A DNA stretch of 64,000 nt from Planctomycetota bacterium. Lineage in GTDB: Bacteria > Planctomycetota > UBA8108 > SXIK01. Position 1 is the first letter of the stretch. Every line of letters begins with the position of its first letter. Shown here piece by piece: positions 8,039 through 18,904 of this stretch. The stretch is from contig OZ244999.1 in assembly GCA_965223265.1 (NCBI GenBank), positions 1,312,001 to 1,376,000 of the forward strand, in the 5' to 3' direction. Made by a program: the position numbers and the translations under genes. The notes below the pieces were generated by a model. It had not been told where the DNA came from. It did not search any database and was given only the letters and a program-made list of their open reading frames with translations.

Positions 8039-10573
8039 ATGGCATTCTCATTGCGATGGTCTGGACTGCTTCTGACGTCGGTGGCGCTCACAGTTCTTGG
8101 TTGGGGGAAGGTCGAAGGAGGCGAATTCTCGATAGCGTTCGTGTCCCGGCAGTTTGAGCAGCTCAGCCCGATCGGAGCTCGACGAACGGGAGTTGTGGAG
8201 CGCTCGCTTTATGGGAGGCTGCTTGTGAGAGCGGCGAACGGCGATCTCCAGACGCTGGTCGATGTGGCGTCCCCCGACGCGCCGGACGACACCCCTTCTG
8301 ATGTGTCGGATCCCGATGTCTCCTACGATGGGACGCGTATTGTCTTCGCCGGATTCTCGCCTGCCGACGCTGCTTGGCGGATCTATGAGGTCGGGACCGA
8401 CGGCTCGGGATTGCGTCGGGTCACGACCAGCAGCCGCCAAATCAATCTCGACAGGTTTGGGGAAGCGGCGGCGGCGCTTCGCGGCTATGACGATGTGGAC
8501 CCGTGTTATCTTCCCGACGGTCGCATCTGTTTTGTGTCGACGCGCTATCCGGGAATCGCACCAGACAATCGCTTGCGGACAACCAACCTCTACGTTGTCA
8601 ACGCCGATGGGTCGGACCTCCACCGGATCACCTCGGAACGTTTCGGAGGTGAGACTCCCGCGGTCGACCCAACGACCGGGAAGATCGTCTATTCGCGCTG
8701 GTGGCGTTCGCCCGGCCGGCTCACTCGGGAAGGTGCTGACGCTGGTGAACATGCTGACGATGGTGAAGATGATGCTGAAGATGGTGAAGAACCAAGATTC
8801 CCCGGGTACACGCCCCCTGGCCGAGCCGACGAGGTGAATCGCGACACGCAAACGCCGGCCCCCATCCTTGACGGCATTGAGGAGGAGGACTTTCCAGGTC
8901 TGAACCATTGGTTTCTCGCCAGCATCCGCCCTGACGGTAACGGTCTGCAGATGTTCTCGGGCACGGGGTTGGACCGCCAAGCGACGCAGGCTTACCGCCC
9001 CGCCTTTTTGCCGAGCGGGGATGCCCTGGGAGTCTTTTTGCCAACGACGCCGTTTCTCGGTCGGCCCGGCAACTTCGGCCTGCGCCTCGTTCATCGCGGC
9101 TCTGTGGCACCTGACGCGCTGGGAGGACCGCAGACTTTCTCTCTCGACGGGACCGCACCGCACTTTCTCTACGCGAGCGCCGCGCCGCTACCTGATGGGC
9201 GGATTCTCGTCACCGGAACGCCGTCAGGCGTCGTCGTCAATTACGACGTTTACGTGCAGAGCCTTGAGCGAGCCGACCCTGTGAAGCTCTTCGGTTCGAG
9301 ACACGCCGAGCTCGATGCGGTTCCTCTCGTGGCGCGTTCAGTTCCTCCCGTGCTGGCGGATCAGAACACGCACCGTATGGATGACTTTGTTCCTCGTAAT
9401 CTCCACGAAGCGTTTCACCATGGAGGGGCTTTTACTTTTTCGAGCGAGAATATCTTCAACAATCCCCCAGTCGACCAGCCGCTCCCCAACGGTCTCCCAA
9501 TCGGCAAGCAACTCTTCATCGACTTCTTTCTGAACCCACAGGGTACGAGTGCGCTTGGAGTCGACGAACCGATCCTCATCGCGAGTCAGAAGATCGGTGC
9601 GAACGGTAGGGTTGAGATCGAGCTGCCGGCGGGGGTTCCTCTCTTCGAGCTGATTCGGCGTCCGGATGGCACGGTTGCGCGCGGTGCAGACGGGCAGATT
9701 TTTCACGTCGGTGGTCACAACTTTGGCGTGCGTGGGGCGCGCGCCAGTTGCGTGGGCTGTCACGCAGGTCACACACTCCTTCCTGTGTCCGCTGACCCAG
9801 CGCAAACCAACGTCGCTCCTAGCGCGCTCGTCGAGGCGAACACTTCGCGAGCCAGAATCGACGCTGATGGGCGGTTGCGTGTGGACGTTGCGCGCAACCT
9901 GGTCGACCGGAGCACCGAGCCGAACTCCAACTGGGTCGCGGGACCGTCGTTCGACGAGGATGCTCGAATTGACCTGCAGTGGTCGATCCCGATCGCCGCG
10001 CGTGAAGTGGTACTTCATGGTGTCTCACCGCAACCGAGAACGAACATCACCGTTCACGCCGTCGACCTTGCGACGTATCTGGACGACGAGATCGTGGACA
10101 CCTTGGAAATCGCACGGGAGATTCAGCCGGAAGGAACGACGGTGGCGCTCCCGACGCGGCGACCCTTCACGCGGCTTGAAGTCACGATCGACCCGCAGAA
10201 CGTCAGCGGCGCGTTGGAAGGGGCTCTCTCTCTTCCCGCCCTCGCAGAGATCGAGGTGATTGGGCAGGCGCTGGAGGGATCCAAACCTGGGGTCCTCTTC
10301 ATCCGCGGCGATGTCAATTGTGACGGCCGTCTCAACGTCACGGACGGCGTCGGCCTACTGAGGGCACTTTTCGTCGGTTCGGGTCCGCTCTGCTGTGAGG
10401 CGGCAGCTGATTCGAATGCCGATGGTGGAGTGAATTTAGCCGATGCAATGCGGGTCCTGTTGTTGGTCTTTCGAGACTCGCCGCCGCTCCTTCCTCCGTT
10501 CCCTGACTGCGCTCCACAAGCGTCCGAAGATACGCTCACCTGCGACCAAGAGACTTGCGCGTCGCGAGCATGA
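8039..10573 (+). CDS. Secreted HzsA (hydrazine synthase alpha)-like beta-propeller with one CxxCH and a C-terminal dockerin-like domain
   Basis: AGGAGG RBS; DPDVSYDGTRIVFA and DVDPCYLPDGRICFVSTR repeats; LPAGVPLF...ASCVGCH; C-terminal FIRGDVNCDG...AADSNADGGVNLAD. Confidence 0.8.
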   Translation: MAFSLRWSGLLLTSVALTVLGWGKVEGGEFSIAFVSRQFEQLSPIGARRTGVVERSLYGRLLVRAANGDLQTLVDVASPDAPDDTPSDVSDPDVSYDGTRIVFAGFSPADAAWRIYEVGTDGSGLRRVTTSSRQINLDRFGEAAAALRGYDDVDPCYLPDGRICFVSTRYPGIAPDNRLRTTNLYVVNADGSDLHRITSERFGGETPAVDPTTGKIVYSRWWRSPGRLTREGADAGEHADDGEDDAEDGEEPRFPGYTPPGRADEVNRDTQTPAPILDGIEEEDFPGLNHWFLASIRPDGNGLQMFSGTGLDRQATQAYRPAFLPSGDALGVFLPTTPFLGRPGNFGLRLVHRGSVAPDALGGPQTFSLDGTAPHFLYASAAPLPDGRILVTGTPSGVVVNYDVYVQSLERADPVKLFGSRHAELDAVPLVARSVPPVLADQNTHRMDDFVPRNLHEAFHHGGAFTFSSENIFNNPPVDQPLPNGLPIGKQLFIDFFLNPQGTSALGVDEPILIASQKIGANGRVEIELPAGVPLFELIRRPDGTVARGADGQIFHVGGHNFGVRGARASCVGCHAGHTLLPVSADPAQTNVAPSALVEANTSRARIDADGRLRVDVARNLVDRSTEPNSNWVAGPSFDEDARIDLQWSIPIAAREVVLHGVSPQPRTNITVHAVDLATYLDDEIVDTLEIAREIQPEGTTVALPTRRPFTRLEVTIDPQNVSGALEGALSLPALAEIEVIGQALEGSKPGVLFIRGDVNCDGRLNVTDGVGLLRALFVGSGPLCCEAAADSNADGGVNLADAMRVLLLVFRDSPPLLPPFPDCAPQASEDTLTCDQETCASRA

Positions 10574-10718
10574 TCCTCGGTCGTCCGCAGCCTTGATGTC
10601 CGCTTGAGACGGCGGCGTTGCCGCCGTATCGTGGTCGATCCAACGAGCGGGGCGTGGGGCGCGATTTCGACATCGAGCGCGCGTCGCCCCATCCGAGCTC
10701 GCGAGGTCGAGGAACGTT

Positions 10719-11858
10719 TTGAACGTGAGAATGGTGTCCGCTGTCGCGGTGGGCTTAGCGATACTCTGCTCTCCTGTCGCTGCAGAAGAGTATCGAGTCG
10801 TCCGTGAATTTCGTATCGCTGACGAACCCGCTTGCATGCCGGCTTTGACTCGCGCGCCGAACGGTGATCTTCTCGTCGCGTTGAGTACCGAGTGGGAACC
10901 GTTTCCTTGGGGCGGTGAGCTGAAGCTCGTCGTCTCGAGCGACGGAGCTCTCACGTGGTCGAAACCTCGACTGCTCTGGAAAGATCCCGATCCGCGCGTG
11001 ACGATTCAAGTCGCCAACGGCATGCAGACGCTGAGTAATGGGGAGATTCTTCTACCTGTGACGTTCGGCCTCGTCCCAAAACGCAAGGGCGTCGAACCAG
11101 GTGAAGAGAGTCCTCACAAGATCTATGACGTCACGCTCCCAGGATACCGGCGCGAAGTACGTTTCTTGCGCTCGAACGACAGCGGCAACTCATGGCGTTT
11201 CGAGGACCCCAAGCTGCATCGACCCTGGTGGCGGTTTGGACGTTTGGTCGAGGTATCTGACGGTCGATTGATCATGCCCGGACGTGGCTGGTACGTCGAG
11301 TCGCGTGACTTCGGCCGCACCTGGGGGCCGCGGCGGTCCCTCGGATCGAATCGACTGCGCAGCGAGACGAACATCATCGAGGCAGCCGACGGAACATTTC
11401 TGTCGATTGTCCGCGGCGGTGGCGAACCACCGCGGCGGATGTTCGGCACGAACTTCTCCGATGACAAAGGTAGGACTTGGGGGCCGGCAAGGTCCGCAGG
11501 GGTCCAAGGCAAGATGCCCGATCTTCTCGTGCTTCCGTCCGGCCGCGTCCTTTTGGCCGTCGGCGCGGAAGGTCTGACCGACGGCAGCTTGGTGTTTCGC
11601 CGAAAGGATCGGTACTCCTTTTGCACGCTCTTCGTGAGTGACGACCATGGTCGGTCGTGGAGGAGAGACGTTGCGTTCTCTTCGGTGCAGCCACAGGGCA
11701 GCGTGGTGCCTAGCGACAGCCCGGTCCTGTGCCCGCTCGAGGGCGGCAGGATTCTCGTGGTCATGCAGGCGTCCGATCGCGACAAAGCTGATCATCCGTT
11801 GATGGGGTTTAGCGCTGGTATGTCGATCATCGGGAACATCATCGAACCTCGTGAGTAG
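10719..11858 (+). CDS. BNR/Asp-box (sialidase-like) secreted beta-propeller
   Basis: Asp boxes SSDGALTW, SNDSGNSW, SRDFGRTW, SDDKGRTW, SDDHGRSW; signal peptide (start may be 10731). Confidence 0.88.
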   Translation: MNVRMVSAVAVGLAILCSPVAAEEYRVVREFRIADEPACMPALTRAPNGDLLVALSTEWEPFPWGGELKLVVSSDGALTWSKPRLLWKDPDPRVTIQVANGMQTLSNGEILLPVTFGLVPKRKGVEPGEESPHKIYDVTLPGYRREVRFLRSNDSGNSWRFEDPKLHRPWWRFGRLVEVSDGRLIMPGRGWYVESRDFGRTWGPRRSLGSNRLRSETNIIEAADGTFLSIVRGGGEPPRRMFGTNFSDDKGRTWGPARSAGVQGKMPDLLVLPSGRVLLAVGAEGLTDGSLVFRRKDRYSFCTLFVSDDHGRSWRRDVAFSSVQPQGSVVPSDSPVLCPLEGGRILVVMQASDRDKADHPLMGFSAGMSIIGNIIEPRE

Positions 11859-11959
11859 ACGATGCCGCCTCGTCAGCACGATGAGACGCATCGGCGCTCC
11901 GCGAGCCTCTGGATTCGAGGTCAAACTGGAAGACGGCAGGCGACTGATGTCAGCGGGCA

Positions 11960-12170
11960 GTTCGCGCTTCAGATCGTCGTGATATCGAAACCTCCGCCGT
12001 CATGGACTGCGGGGCAGCTCGGACAGTCCGACGATCCTGCGTCGCCGCACTTCGCTGATCAGGCGATCGAGCTGGTCGGCAAACGAAAGCCGAAGGGTAG
12101 GTACTTTAGAGACCGAGCCGCTCTGGTCAAAACCCTTGAATCGACCACGGGGCTCCTCTACGACGGCTAG
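11960..12170 (+). pseudogene. C-terminal remnant of a penicillin-acylase-family (Ntn hydrolase) gene
   Basis: LGQSDDPASPHFADQAIELV matches the GQSxxPxSPHxxDQ motif typical of acylase C-termini; the rest of the gene is absent. Confidence 0.55.
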
Positions 12171-12251
12171 CCCATTCGTGGCTGCACCATCGACCTCGTT
12201 GATCCGATCTCTTCCATCCCTGACAATAGAGGCGGTCAAGGAGAGTCTCGC

Positions 12252-15113
12252 GTGTTCGGATTGATCGTCACCCTCAGTTTACTTGGAAGCCCAGAAGTCG
12301 ATTCAAGTGGAGTCGACTTTTTCGAGCGTGAAGTCCGTCCGGTCCTTGTTGCGAAATGCACCCGTTGTCACGGACCGCTGAAACAGGAAAGCGGACTTCG
12401 CGTTGACTCGCGTCAGGCGCTGATCGAGGGCGGGGAACGGGGCGCCGCGATCGTGCCCAGCGATGTTGCGGCGAGTCGACTCCTGGCGGCCATCCGCCAC
12501 CGGGGCGAGCTCAAGATGCCGCCGGACGGCAAGTTGAGTGCGCGTGAGATCCAGGCGTTCGAACACTGGATACGGATCGGAGCGGTGTGGCCAGCTGCAA
12601 GCCGAACTCGCTCGCCCGATCAGAGCGGCGCTTCCGATCACTGGGCTTTTCGTCCCGTTCACGCCCCTCCGGTTCCGCTGCTCAAGAATTCGACCTGGGC
12701 AGTGCGTACCGAAATCGACGCGTTCATCCTTGCCGAGCTCGACGCCCGCGGACTCGGGCCGTCACCGCCAGCGGACCGCCGCGCGCTGATCCGTCGGCTG
12801 TACTACACGCTCGTCGGTTTGCCGCCTGGCGCCGAGGAAGTTCGTGCGTTCGTCGATGATCCGAGACCGAACGCCTACGCGCTGCTCGTTGAGAGGCTCC
12901 TTCAAACGCCGCACTACGGTGAACAGTGGGCCCGGCATTGGCTCGATGTGGCGCGGTACTCCGACACCAAAGGCTACGTCTATGCGCGCGAGGAGCGTTT
13001 TTGGCTGCATGCCTGGACGTATCGCGATTGGGTCGTGCAGGCGCTCAACGCCGACATGCCCTACGATCGTTTCCTTCTCTTGCAGCTCGCCGCGGATCAG
13101 GTGGAGGAGCGAAAGGAGGGTGACCTGGCCGCGATGGGGTTCCTCACGCTCGGGCGGCGATTCCTCGGAGTGACGCGCGAGATCATCGACGACCGTATTG
13201 ACGTCGTCACGCGCGGCACCATGGGGCTAACGGTCAGCTGTGCACGCTGTCACGATCACAAGTACGACCCGATCGCGACCGCCGATTACTATTCGCTCTA
13301 TGGCGTCTTCGATAGCTGTTCGGAGCGCGTGGTCAGATTGCCGGACGCGGTCGGGCAAGACCGTGCCTTCGAAGACGAGCTGGCGAGCCGTCAGCAGAAA
13401 CTAGAAGACGAGCTGAACAAGAGTCGCGTCGAGTCTTCCGATCGCGTGCGTCAGCGCATCGGAGACTACCTCCACGCGCAGACGCGACTCGAGGAGTTTC
13501 CCGCCAAGGGATTCGATCAGATCTTCTTACCAGATGACCTCCTGCCGGCCTTTGTGCGCCGTTGGGAACGATACTTGCTTCGAGCTGAGCGCCAGGGAGA
13601 TCCGATCTTTGTGCCGTGGCATGCGTACGCCTCCATTCGCAATGACTCGTTCGCGGAGCGAGCAGTCGACGTGACGCGCGAGCTTCGAGAGGCGAAGCGG
13701 GGCGACGTCCATCCCGGCGTTGCAGAGCTGTTCCGCGATTCTCCGGCGAGCTTTGATGAAGTCGTCGAGCGTTACACGCAGTTGTTCTCAGGTGTGGACG
13801 CGACTTGGAAGGAAACGCTCGAAGTGGCCCAGGCCCAAAAGGCCGAAATGCCGCGACGATTGAGCGACCCGGACGACGAGTCGCTGCGGCGCGTGCTCTA
13901 CGGCGAAGGAGCACCATGCGAGGTGCCAAATGAACCCATCGTCAACGCCGAAGACTACTTCGACACGCGACGACTCGAGAAGCTGTGGAAGTTGCAGAAG
14001 GACGTCGACCGCTGGATTCTCGAGGCGGCGACGCCGGTGCGTTTCGCTTCGGTGCTTCAAGATCGGGCGATTGCCTCGCAGCCACGAATATTTCGGCGTG
14101 GCGATCCGACGCGTCCGGGTGCGGCTGTGGCGCGAAGGTTTCTTCCCCTGCTCACGGAGGAACCCCGGCCCTTCGAGCGGGGCAGTGGCCGCTTGGAACT
14201 CGCTAAGGCCATCGCTTCACCCACGAATCCTTTGACTGCGCGCGTGATCGTCAACCGTGTTTGGGCGCACCACTTCGGTCGCGGACTTGTCGCCACGCCG
14301 AGCGACTTCGGCGTGCGAGCCGGCGTGCCCTCGCATCCCGAGCTGCTCGACTGGCTCGCGGCGCGGTTTGTTGCCGATGGTTGGAGTCTCAAGAAACTTC
14401 ACCGCCTCATCGTTTTGTCGTCGACGTTTCGTCAGACTTCGCATCCTCCGGACGACGCGCGCGGTCGAACCGCCCTGGCCTCAGATCCCGACAACCGTCT
14501 GCTTTGGCGCATGAATCCGAGACGGCTCACCTTCGAGGAGTTCCGAGATTCGATGCTGGCGGTAGGGGGCGACCTTGACTCACGGGTGGGCGGTAAACCT
14601 TTCGATCTCTTCGAGCTGCCGTTTCGGCATCGACGGACTATTTACGGCTTGGTCGACCGTCAGTTTTTCCCGACGCCACTGCGCACGTTTGATTTTGCCA
14701 ACCCGGACCTCCACATTCCTCAGCGACGAGAGACGACGGTGCCGCAGCAGGCGCTCTTTTTCATGAACCATCCGCTGGTCCTCGATCGCGCGCGGGCAGT
14801 GGCGAAAGTCGGTGAACGGGCCGGGGCGTCTGAAGCCGGCGTGCGAGAGTTATTTCGACGTGTGTACCAGCGCGAGCCGACGGCTACCGAGCTCGCAGAG
14901 TCTCAGCAGCTTTTGCGCGCTGCATCCCCTGCTCACGAGCAGCGATCAGGCGAAGCGTCGTCAGCATTACCACCGCCCGCGTCATCGTCTGCGGATTCAC
15001 GTGAAACGAATTCTGCAGCCGAAGCTCAGGCGGAGACGGTGATGCCATTGAGCGGCTGGGAGCAGCTCGCGCATCTTCTACTGTGCACGAACGAGTTCAT
15101 CTTCATCGATTGA
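12252..15113 (+). CDS. Planctomycete cytochrome c + DUF1549 + DUF1553 protein
   Basis: DFFEREVRPVLVAKCTRCHG, HWAF, YGEQWARHWLDVARY, CARCHDHKYDPI, NPLTARVIVNRVW, PQQALFFMN; AAGGAG RBS before GTG. Confidence 0.93.
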   Translation: MFGLIVTLSLLGSPEVDSSGVDFFEREVRPVLVAKCTRCHGPLKQESGLRVDSRQALIEGGERGAAIVPSDVAASRLLAAIRHRGELKMPPDGKLSAREIQAFEHWIRIGAVWPAASRTRSPDQSGASDHWAFRPVHAPPVPLLKNSTWAVRTEIDAFILAELDARGLGPSPPADRRALIRRLYYTLVGLPPGAEEVRAFVDDPRPNAYALLVERLLQTPHYGEQWARHWLDVARYSDTKGYVYAREERFWLHAWTYRDWVVQALNADMPYDRFLLLQLAADQVEERKEGDLAAMGFLTLGRRFLGVTREIIDDRIDVVTRGTMGLTVSCARCHDHKYDPIATADYYSLYGVFDSCSERVVRLPDAVGQDRAFEDELASRQQKLEDELNKSRVESSDRVRQRIGDYLHAQTRLEEFPAKGFDQIFLPDDLLPAFVRRWERYLLRAERQGDPIFVPWHAYASIRNDSFAERAVDVTRELREAKRGDVHPGVAELFRDSPASFDEVVERYTQLFSGVDATWKETLEVAQAQKAEMPRRLSDPDDESLRRVLYGEGAPCEVPNEPIVNAEDYFDTRRLEKLWKLQKDVDRWILEAATPVRFASVLQDRAIASQPRIFRRGDPTRPGAAVARRFLPLLTEEPRPFERGSGRLELAKAIASPTNPLTARVIVNRVWAHHFGRGLVATPSDFGVRAGVPSHPELLDWLAARFVADGWSLKKLHRLIVLSSTFRQTSHPPDDARGRTALASDPDNRLLWRMNPRRLTFEEFRDSMLAVGGDLDSRVGGKPFDLFELPFRHRRTIYGLVDRQFFPTPLRTFDFANPDLHIPQRRETTVPQQALFFMNHPLVLDRARAVAKVGERAGASEAGVRELFRRVYQREPTATELAESQQLLRAASPAHEQRSGEASSALPPPASSSADSRETNSAAEAQAETVMPLSGWEQLAHLLLCTNEFIFID

Positions 15114-15139
15114 GGAGCCGCCTCGAACAGGAAAGAGAT

Positions 15140-16576
15140 ATGACGGTTTCGTATTCATTCGCACCTCTCAGCCGCCGTGAGCTCTTGTCGCGGTCAGCGC
15201 TCGGGATTGGGTCTCTCGCCTTAGCCGGTCTCGCGGCGGACGAAGTCCGCGCCTCCGGCCGAACCACGGAGAAGGAAGGCGTGCGTGCAGGTCCACTCGC
15301 TCCCCGTCTGCCTCACTTCCCGGCTCGTGCTAAGCGTGTGGTGCAGTTTTTTCTCAATGGCGGACCCTCACATGTCGACACATTCGACCCCAAGCCGCTG
15401 CTGGCTACATACGCCGGCAAGCCGCTGACGGTGACCAAGACGACAGAGCGGCGGACGGGCGCCGCATTTCCGTCGCCGTTTGAATTCCGGCGCTACGGCG
15501 AGTCTGGAATCGAGGTGAGCGAGCTCTTCGCGCACACAGCGCAGCACATCGACGACATCGCGGTGATTCGCTCGATGTACGCACAGGTGCCGAATCACGA
15601 GCCCTCGCTCATGCTCATGAACTGTGGCGACTCGGTGCAGACGCGACCGAGCATGGGCGCATGGCTACTCTACGGACTCGGTGCGGAAAACCAAAACCTC
15701 CCTGGTTTCATCGCCATGTGTCCAAACGGCCTGCCGATCAAGGATTCCGAGAACTGGCAGGCGGCGTTTCTGCCGGGCGCCTTCCAAGGTACCTATGTCG
15801 ACACCAAGCACGAGGAGCTCAGCCGGCTGATTGAGAATATCGAGCATCCGCAAATCGCGACTGCGGATCAGCGACGGCAGCTTGACCTATTGGCGCGTTG
15901 GAATCGTCGACATCAGGCGCGTCGGATCGATGCACGACTCGAAGCGCGCATAGAGTCCTACGAACTCGCCTTCCGCATGCAGCACGACGCGCGAGAAGCG
16001 TTCGATCTTGCGGACGAACCAGAGTCGATCCGAGAGATGTACGGCGCCGGGGTGCACGCGCGGCAGACGCTGATCGCGAGGCGGCTGCTCGAGCGTGGGG
16101 TGCGTTACGTACAGCTCTGGCACGGTGCCAGCCAGCCGTGGGACAACCACACCAACATCGAGTCGGCGCATCGAAAGCTCTCAGCTCAGATCGACCAGCC
16201 GATCGCGGCCCTGCTCTCCGATCTGAAGCAGCGCGGCATGTTCGAGGAAACGCTCGTTCTGTGGGGTGGCGAGTTCGGCCGCACGCCGACGGTCGAGCTG
16301 GAGGGTGACGGCAAGCCAAAGCTCGGGCGCGATCACAATCATTACGGCTTCACTGTTTGGCTCGCAGGCGGAGGAATCCGCGGCGGGACGGTGCACGGCG
16401 CGACCGACGAGTTTGGTTTCGCAGCGGTGGAGAACCGAACCAGCGTGCACGACCTTCACGCCACGATCCTGCACGCGCTTGGCCTCGATCACGAGCGACT
16501 CACTTACCGCTACGCGGGCCGCGACTTTCGTCTGACGGACGTGCATGGGCGCGTCGTCCACGAAGTGCTTGCGTGA
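15140..16576 (+). CDS. DUF1501 domain protein with Tat signal
   Basis: SRRELL; PHFPARAKRVVQFFLNGGPSHVDTFDPK; WGGEFGRTP; GRDHN; RLTYRYAGRDFRLTDVHG. Confidence 0.94.
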   Translation: MTVSYSFAPLSRRELLSRSALGIGSLALAGLAADEVRASGRTTEKEGVRAGPLAPRLPHFPARAKRVVQFFLNGGPSHVDTFDPKPLLATYAGKPLTVTKTTERRTGAAFPSPFEFRRYGESGIEVSELFAHTAQHIDDIAVIRSMYAQVPNHEPSLMLMNCGDSVQTRPSMGAWLLYGLGAENQNLPGFIAMCPNGLPIKDSENWQAAFLPGAFQGTYVDTKHEELSRLIENIEHPQIATADQRRQLDLLARWNRRHQARRIDARLEARIESYELAFRMQHDAREAFDLADEPESIREMYGAGVHARQTLIARRLLERGVRYVQLWHGASQPWDNHTNIESAHRKLSAQIDQPIAALLSDLKQRGMFEETLVLWGGEFGRTPTVELEGDGKPKLGRDHNHYGFTVWLAGGGIRGGTVHGATDEFGFAAVENRTSVHDLHATILHALGLDHERLTYRYAGRDFRLTDVHGRVVHEVLA

Positions 16577-16581
16577 GGTAA

Positions 16582-16944
16582 GCTCCGGGTGCGGCGGGGG
16601 AGCTCGCGCTGCTCGTCGACGAAAAGCTCCAAGCGCGGGAAGCTGAATTGCGTGCTGACATGGCTCGGCGCGGCAAGAAGTTCGCGGGCGCCAAGTTTGT
16701 GCGACGTCAGAGCCCCGTGGCTCGTCCTGGTGATGCGGAGCCGCGTCGAAAGCTCGTCCCGCGCTTTGCGTGCCGCGACAAGCAGAGGCGAATCGATGCG
16801 CTCGTGGAGTACAAGCGGTTCCTCAGAGCGTACCGCGACGCCCTGAGGGAGTTCTGCGAGGGTCTACGCGAAGCGCTTTTCCCCTACGGCACGTACTGGA
16901 TGCGTGTTCACTTCGCGGCGCGCTGTGCATCAATGCCGCCGTAG
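16582..16944 (+). mobile_element. 3' remnant of a REP-associated/IS200-like (Y1) transposase
   Basis: KLVPRFAC...FLRAYRDAL...FPYGTYWMRVH resembles the C-terminal tail of RAYT-like transposases. No HUH catalytic part upstream; the fragment abuts the DUF1501 stop. Confidence 0.6.
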
Positions 16945-17209
16945 GGCGTACAGCGGCAGGCGGGGCCACGACGGATTACAGATTCGAGCACAGCGTTTCA
17001 GCTTCGCCCCATCAGCTGCGGGGTGAATCTACGCCCGTGACTTTTCACAACGGCATGAGAAACCCCCTTGGCGAGTCAAGACGTCGGAGTTCGACAGCGA
17101 TTCGACAGCAATGCGCAGTCTCGACCGTCGAGATCTCCGCAGGACCAAGAGAATCGGCCGTCGTCGCCAACAGTGAACCTGGGAGGATTTTCGGGGACGG
17201 ATTTTCCCT

Positions 17210-18904
17210 TTAACGGCTGGCCCCCTCCGCGATGCGACTGCGGAGCTCGTGGTAATAGCGTTTGCCAGCATCGATGCGCGCCGTGATGCCGAGGTCCTCC
17301 TCGGACTTGCTCGCCAGCTCCTCTTTGATCGCTGCGATCTCCTCGAGCTTGCGCTCGATGATGCGTGGGCCGTTGACAGGGCACCACGTGGGTTGATCGT
17401 CGATGACCACGTAGACTGGCGTCGTGTGCGCCATGGCGCCGTTGGCGCATCGTGCACTCACCGCGAACCAGTGGCTGCGTTCGACAGGGACTCTCACGTT
17501 CAGTTCGAGGGCCCCGCCCGCCTCGGTGGTCCCGTCGCCGCCGAGGGTCGGTTTGACCTCGCGCAGCGCGCCTTGGTTGCTCATCAAAACGAGCGTCTCG
17601 GGTTGACCGACTTTCTCGTGCCCCCAGGCGCGTGCACGAATGGTCAACACGTCGCCGGAGCTGGCTTTGATTTCAGAGCCAGGCAGTTCGTCGTTGACGG
17701 TGAACTCGAGCGCCGGACCGTTAGTGACGAACGTGTGGCCGCGTCCGAGGTTGCGGAACCAGGTGTCAAGGTCGAGCTCGTCACCGGTGAACACGTACGT
17801 CCGTACCTCGCCAATCGTCGAGCCCCACGGCGTGTCGCTGCCGGCCGCAGCGGTCAGCCGAAAGCCGAGGTTGAGGTAGTCGTAGTAGTCTTCGGCGTTC
17901 AAGGCGTTGAACTGCATGAGCTCGATGAAATCAAGCTCCTCGGTGGTCACCAGCCATGGAAAACCACGCGGCAGCGCACAGCCGTTCCAAGAAAAGTGCG
18001 CGAACCCGACGAGCGCTCCCTCTTGTGCATGGAGGCGCTTGAAGGCGAGATCATAGTAGTCGTACGTCGGCAGGTCCCGGGCGAGCGCCTGGAGGTTGAG
18101 ACCGATGATATGCCCGAAACGGCTTCGCGGTTCCTCTTGCCCCGAGACGAGACAATAGTTGCCGCGGCGAACGCGTGACGCTTCACCGAATTCGCTCTGT
18201 TTGAAGTCTGTTCCCTTGTGGTGTCCCATCTCGAGGACGTTGACGACATTGAGGTCTTCCGCCTCGGCGTAGTGAAGGAGGAACTCCTTGTGCACCTCCT
18301 TCAGCGTCGGGTGATGGACGTGGACGTCGCCTGAGTACCAGCCTCGCGCGGCCATGTGAACCCAGCGCCGGAGTGGGATTGTGCGTTCCTGGTCCTTGCC
18401 GGCGGCGACTGTGAAGTCATCGAACACGGGCACGTACTCCATGCCTCGCGACACAGCAATGCGATAACGCCCTGGTGGCAGATCGACACGAAAGGACGCC
18501 TCGGTCTGAAACATGACCGGCTCGCGCCAATACGGAATCGACGGCCGCAACTGGTAGACGTAGCTGCGGTCGTCGTTGTTCCCTTTGCCCATGGTTTTGC
18601 GCACGGGGCCGATCCAACTCGGGTCCTTGCCGCTGTAGCCGACGCCATCGTAGAACTCTTTCGTCAGGCCGACGCGCTTCATGGGACGGCCATCGGGAGG
18701 CAGGCGTACCGTCCCGTCGTCGAGGTTGCGTAGGCAAACCATGGCGGTGGTGGCCTTGCCCGTCGAGGCATCAACGAGACGAAAGTGCACCGTGGCCGTG
18801 CCACCTCCGGAGGCGGCTGGCACAGCGCTGCTCCAACGCGCGACGATGATTAGAGCAAAAACGAACGCGACGAATGCAGCAGCGAGATTCACTTTTGGTT
18901 TCAT
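17210..18904 (-). CDS. CehA/McbA family (PHP-fold) metallohydrolase, secreted
   Basis: SRGMEY, GWYSGDVHVHH, GQE, YYDYLNLGFRLTAAAGSD, RTYV, FVTNGPAL, AHTTPVYV. Confidence 0.88.
   Translation of the reverse strand: MKPKVNLAAAFVAFVFALIIVARWSSAVPAASGGGTATVHFRLVDASTGKATTAMVCLRNLDDGTVRLPPDGRPMKRVGLTKEFYDGVGYSGKDPSWIGPVRKTMGKGNNDDRSYVYQLRPSIPYWREPVMFQTEASFRVDLPPGRYRIAVSRGMEYVPVFDDFTVAAGKDQERTIPLRRWVHMAARGWYSGDVHVHHPTLKEVHKEFLLHYAEAEDLNVVNVLEMGHHKGTDFKQSEFGEASRVRRGNYCLVSGQEEPRSRFGHIIGLNLQALARDLPTYDYYDLAFKRLHAQEGALVGFAHFSWNGCALPRGFPWLVTTEELDFIELMQFNALNAEDYYDYLNLGFRLTAAAGSDTPWGSTIGEVRTYVFTGDELDLDTWFRNLGRGHTFVTNGPALEFTVNDELPGSEIKASSGDVLTIRARAWGHEKVGQPETLVLMSNQGALREVKPTLGGDGTTEAGGALELNVRVPVERSHWFAVSARCANGAMAHTTPVYVVIDDQPTWCPVNGPRIIERKLEEIAAIKEELASKSEEDLGITARIDAGKRYYHELRSRIAEGASR

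Noticed and set aside
8039-10573. Anammox hydrazine synthase
   Set aside because: Only one CxxCH, a dockerin-like tail and no beta/gamma subunit genes; such homologs are common in non-anammox planctomycetes.
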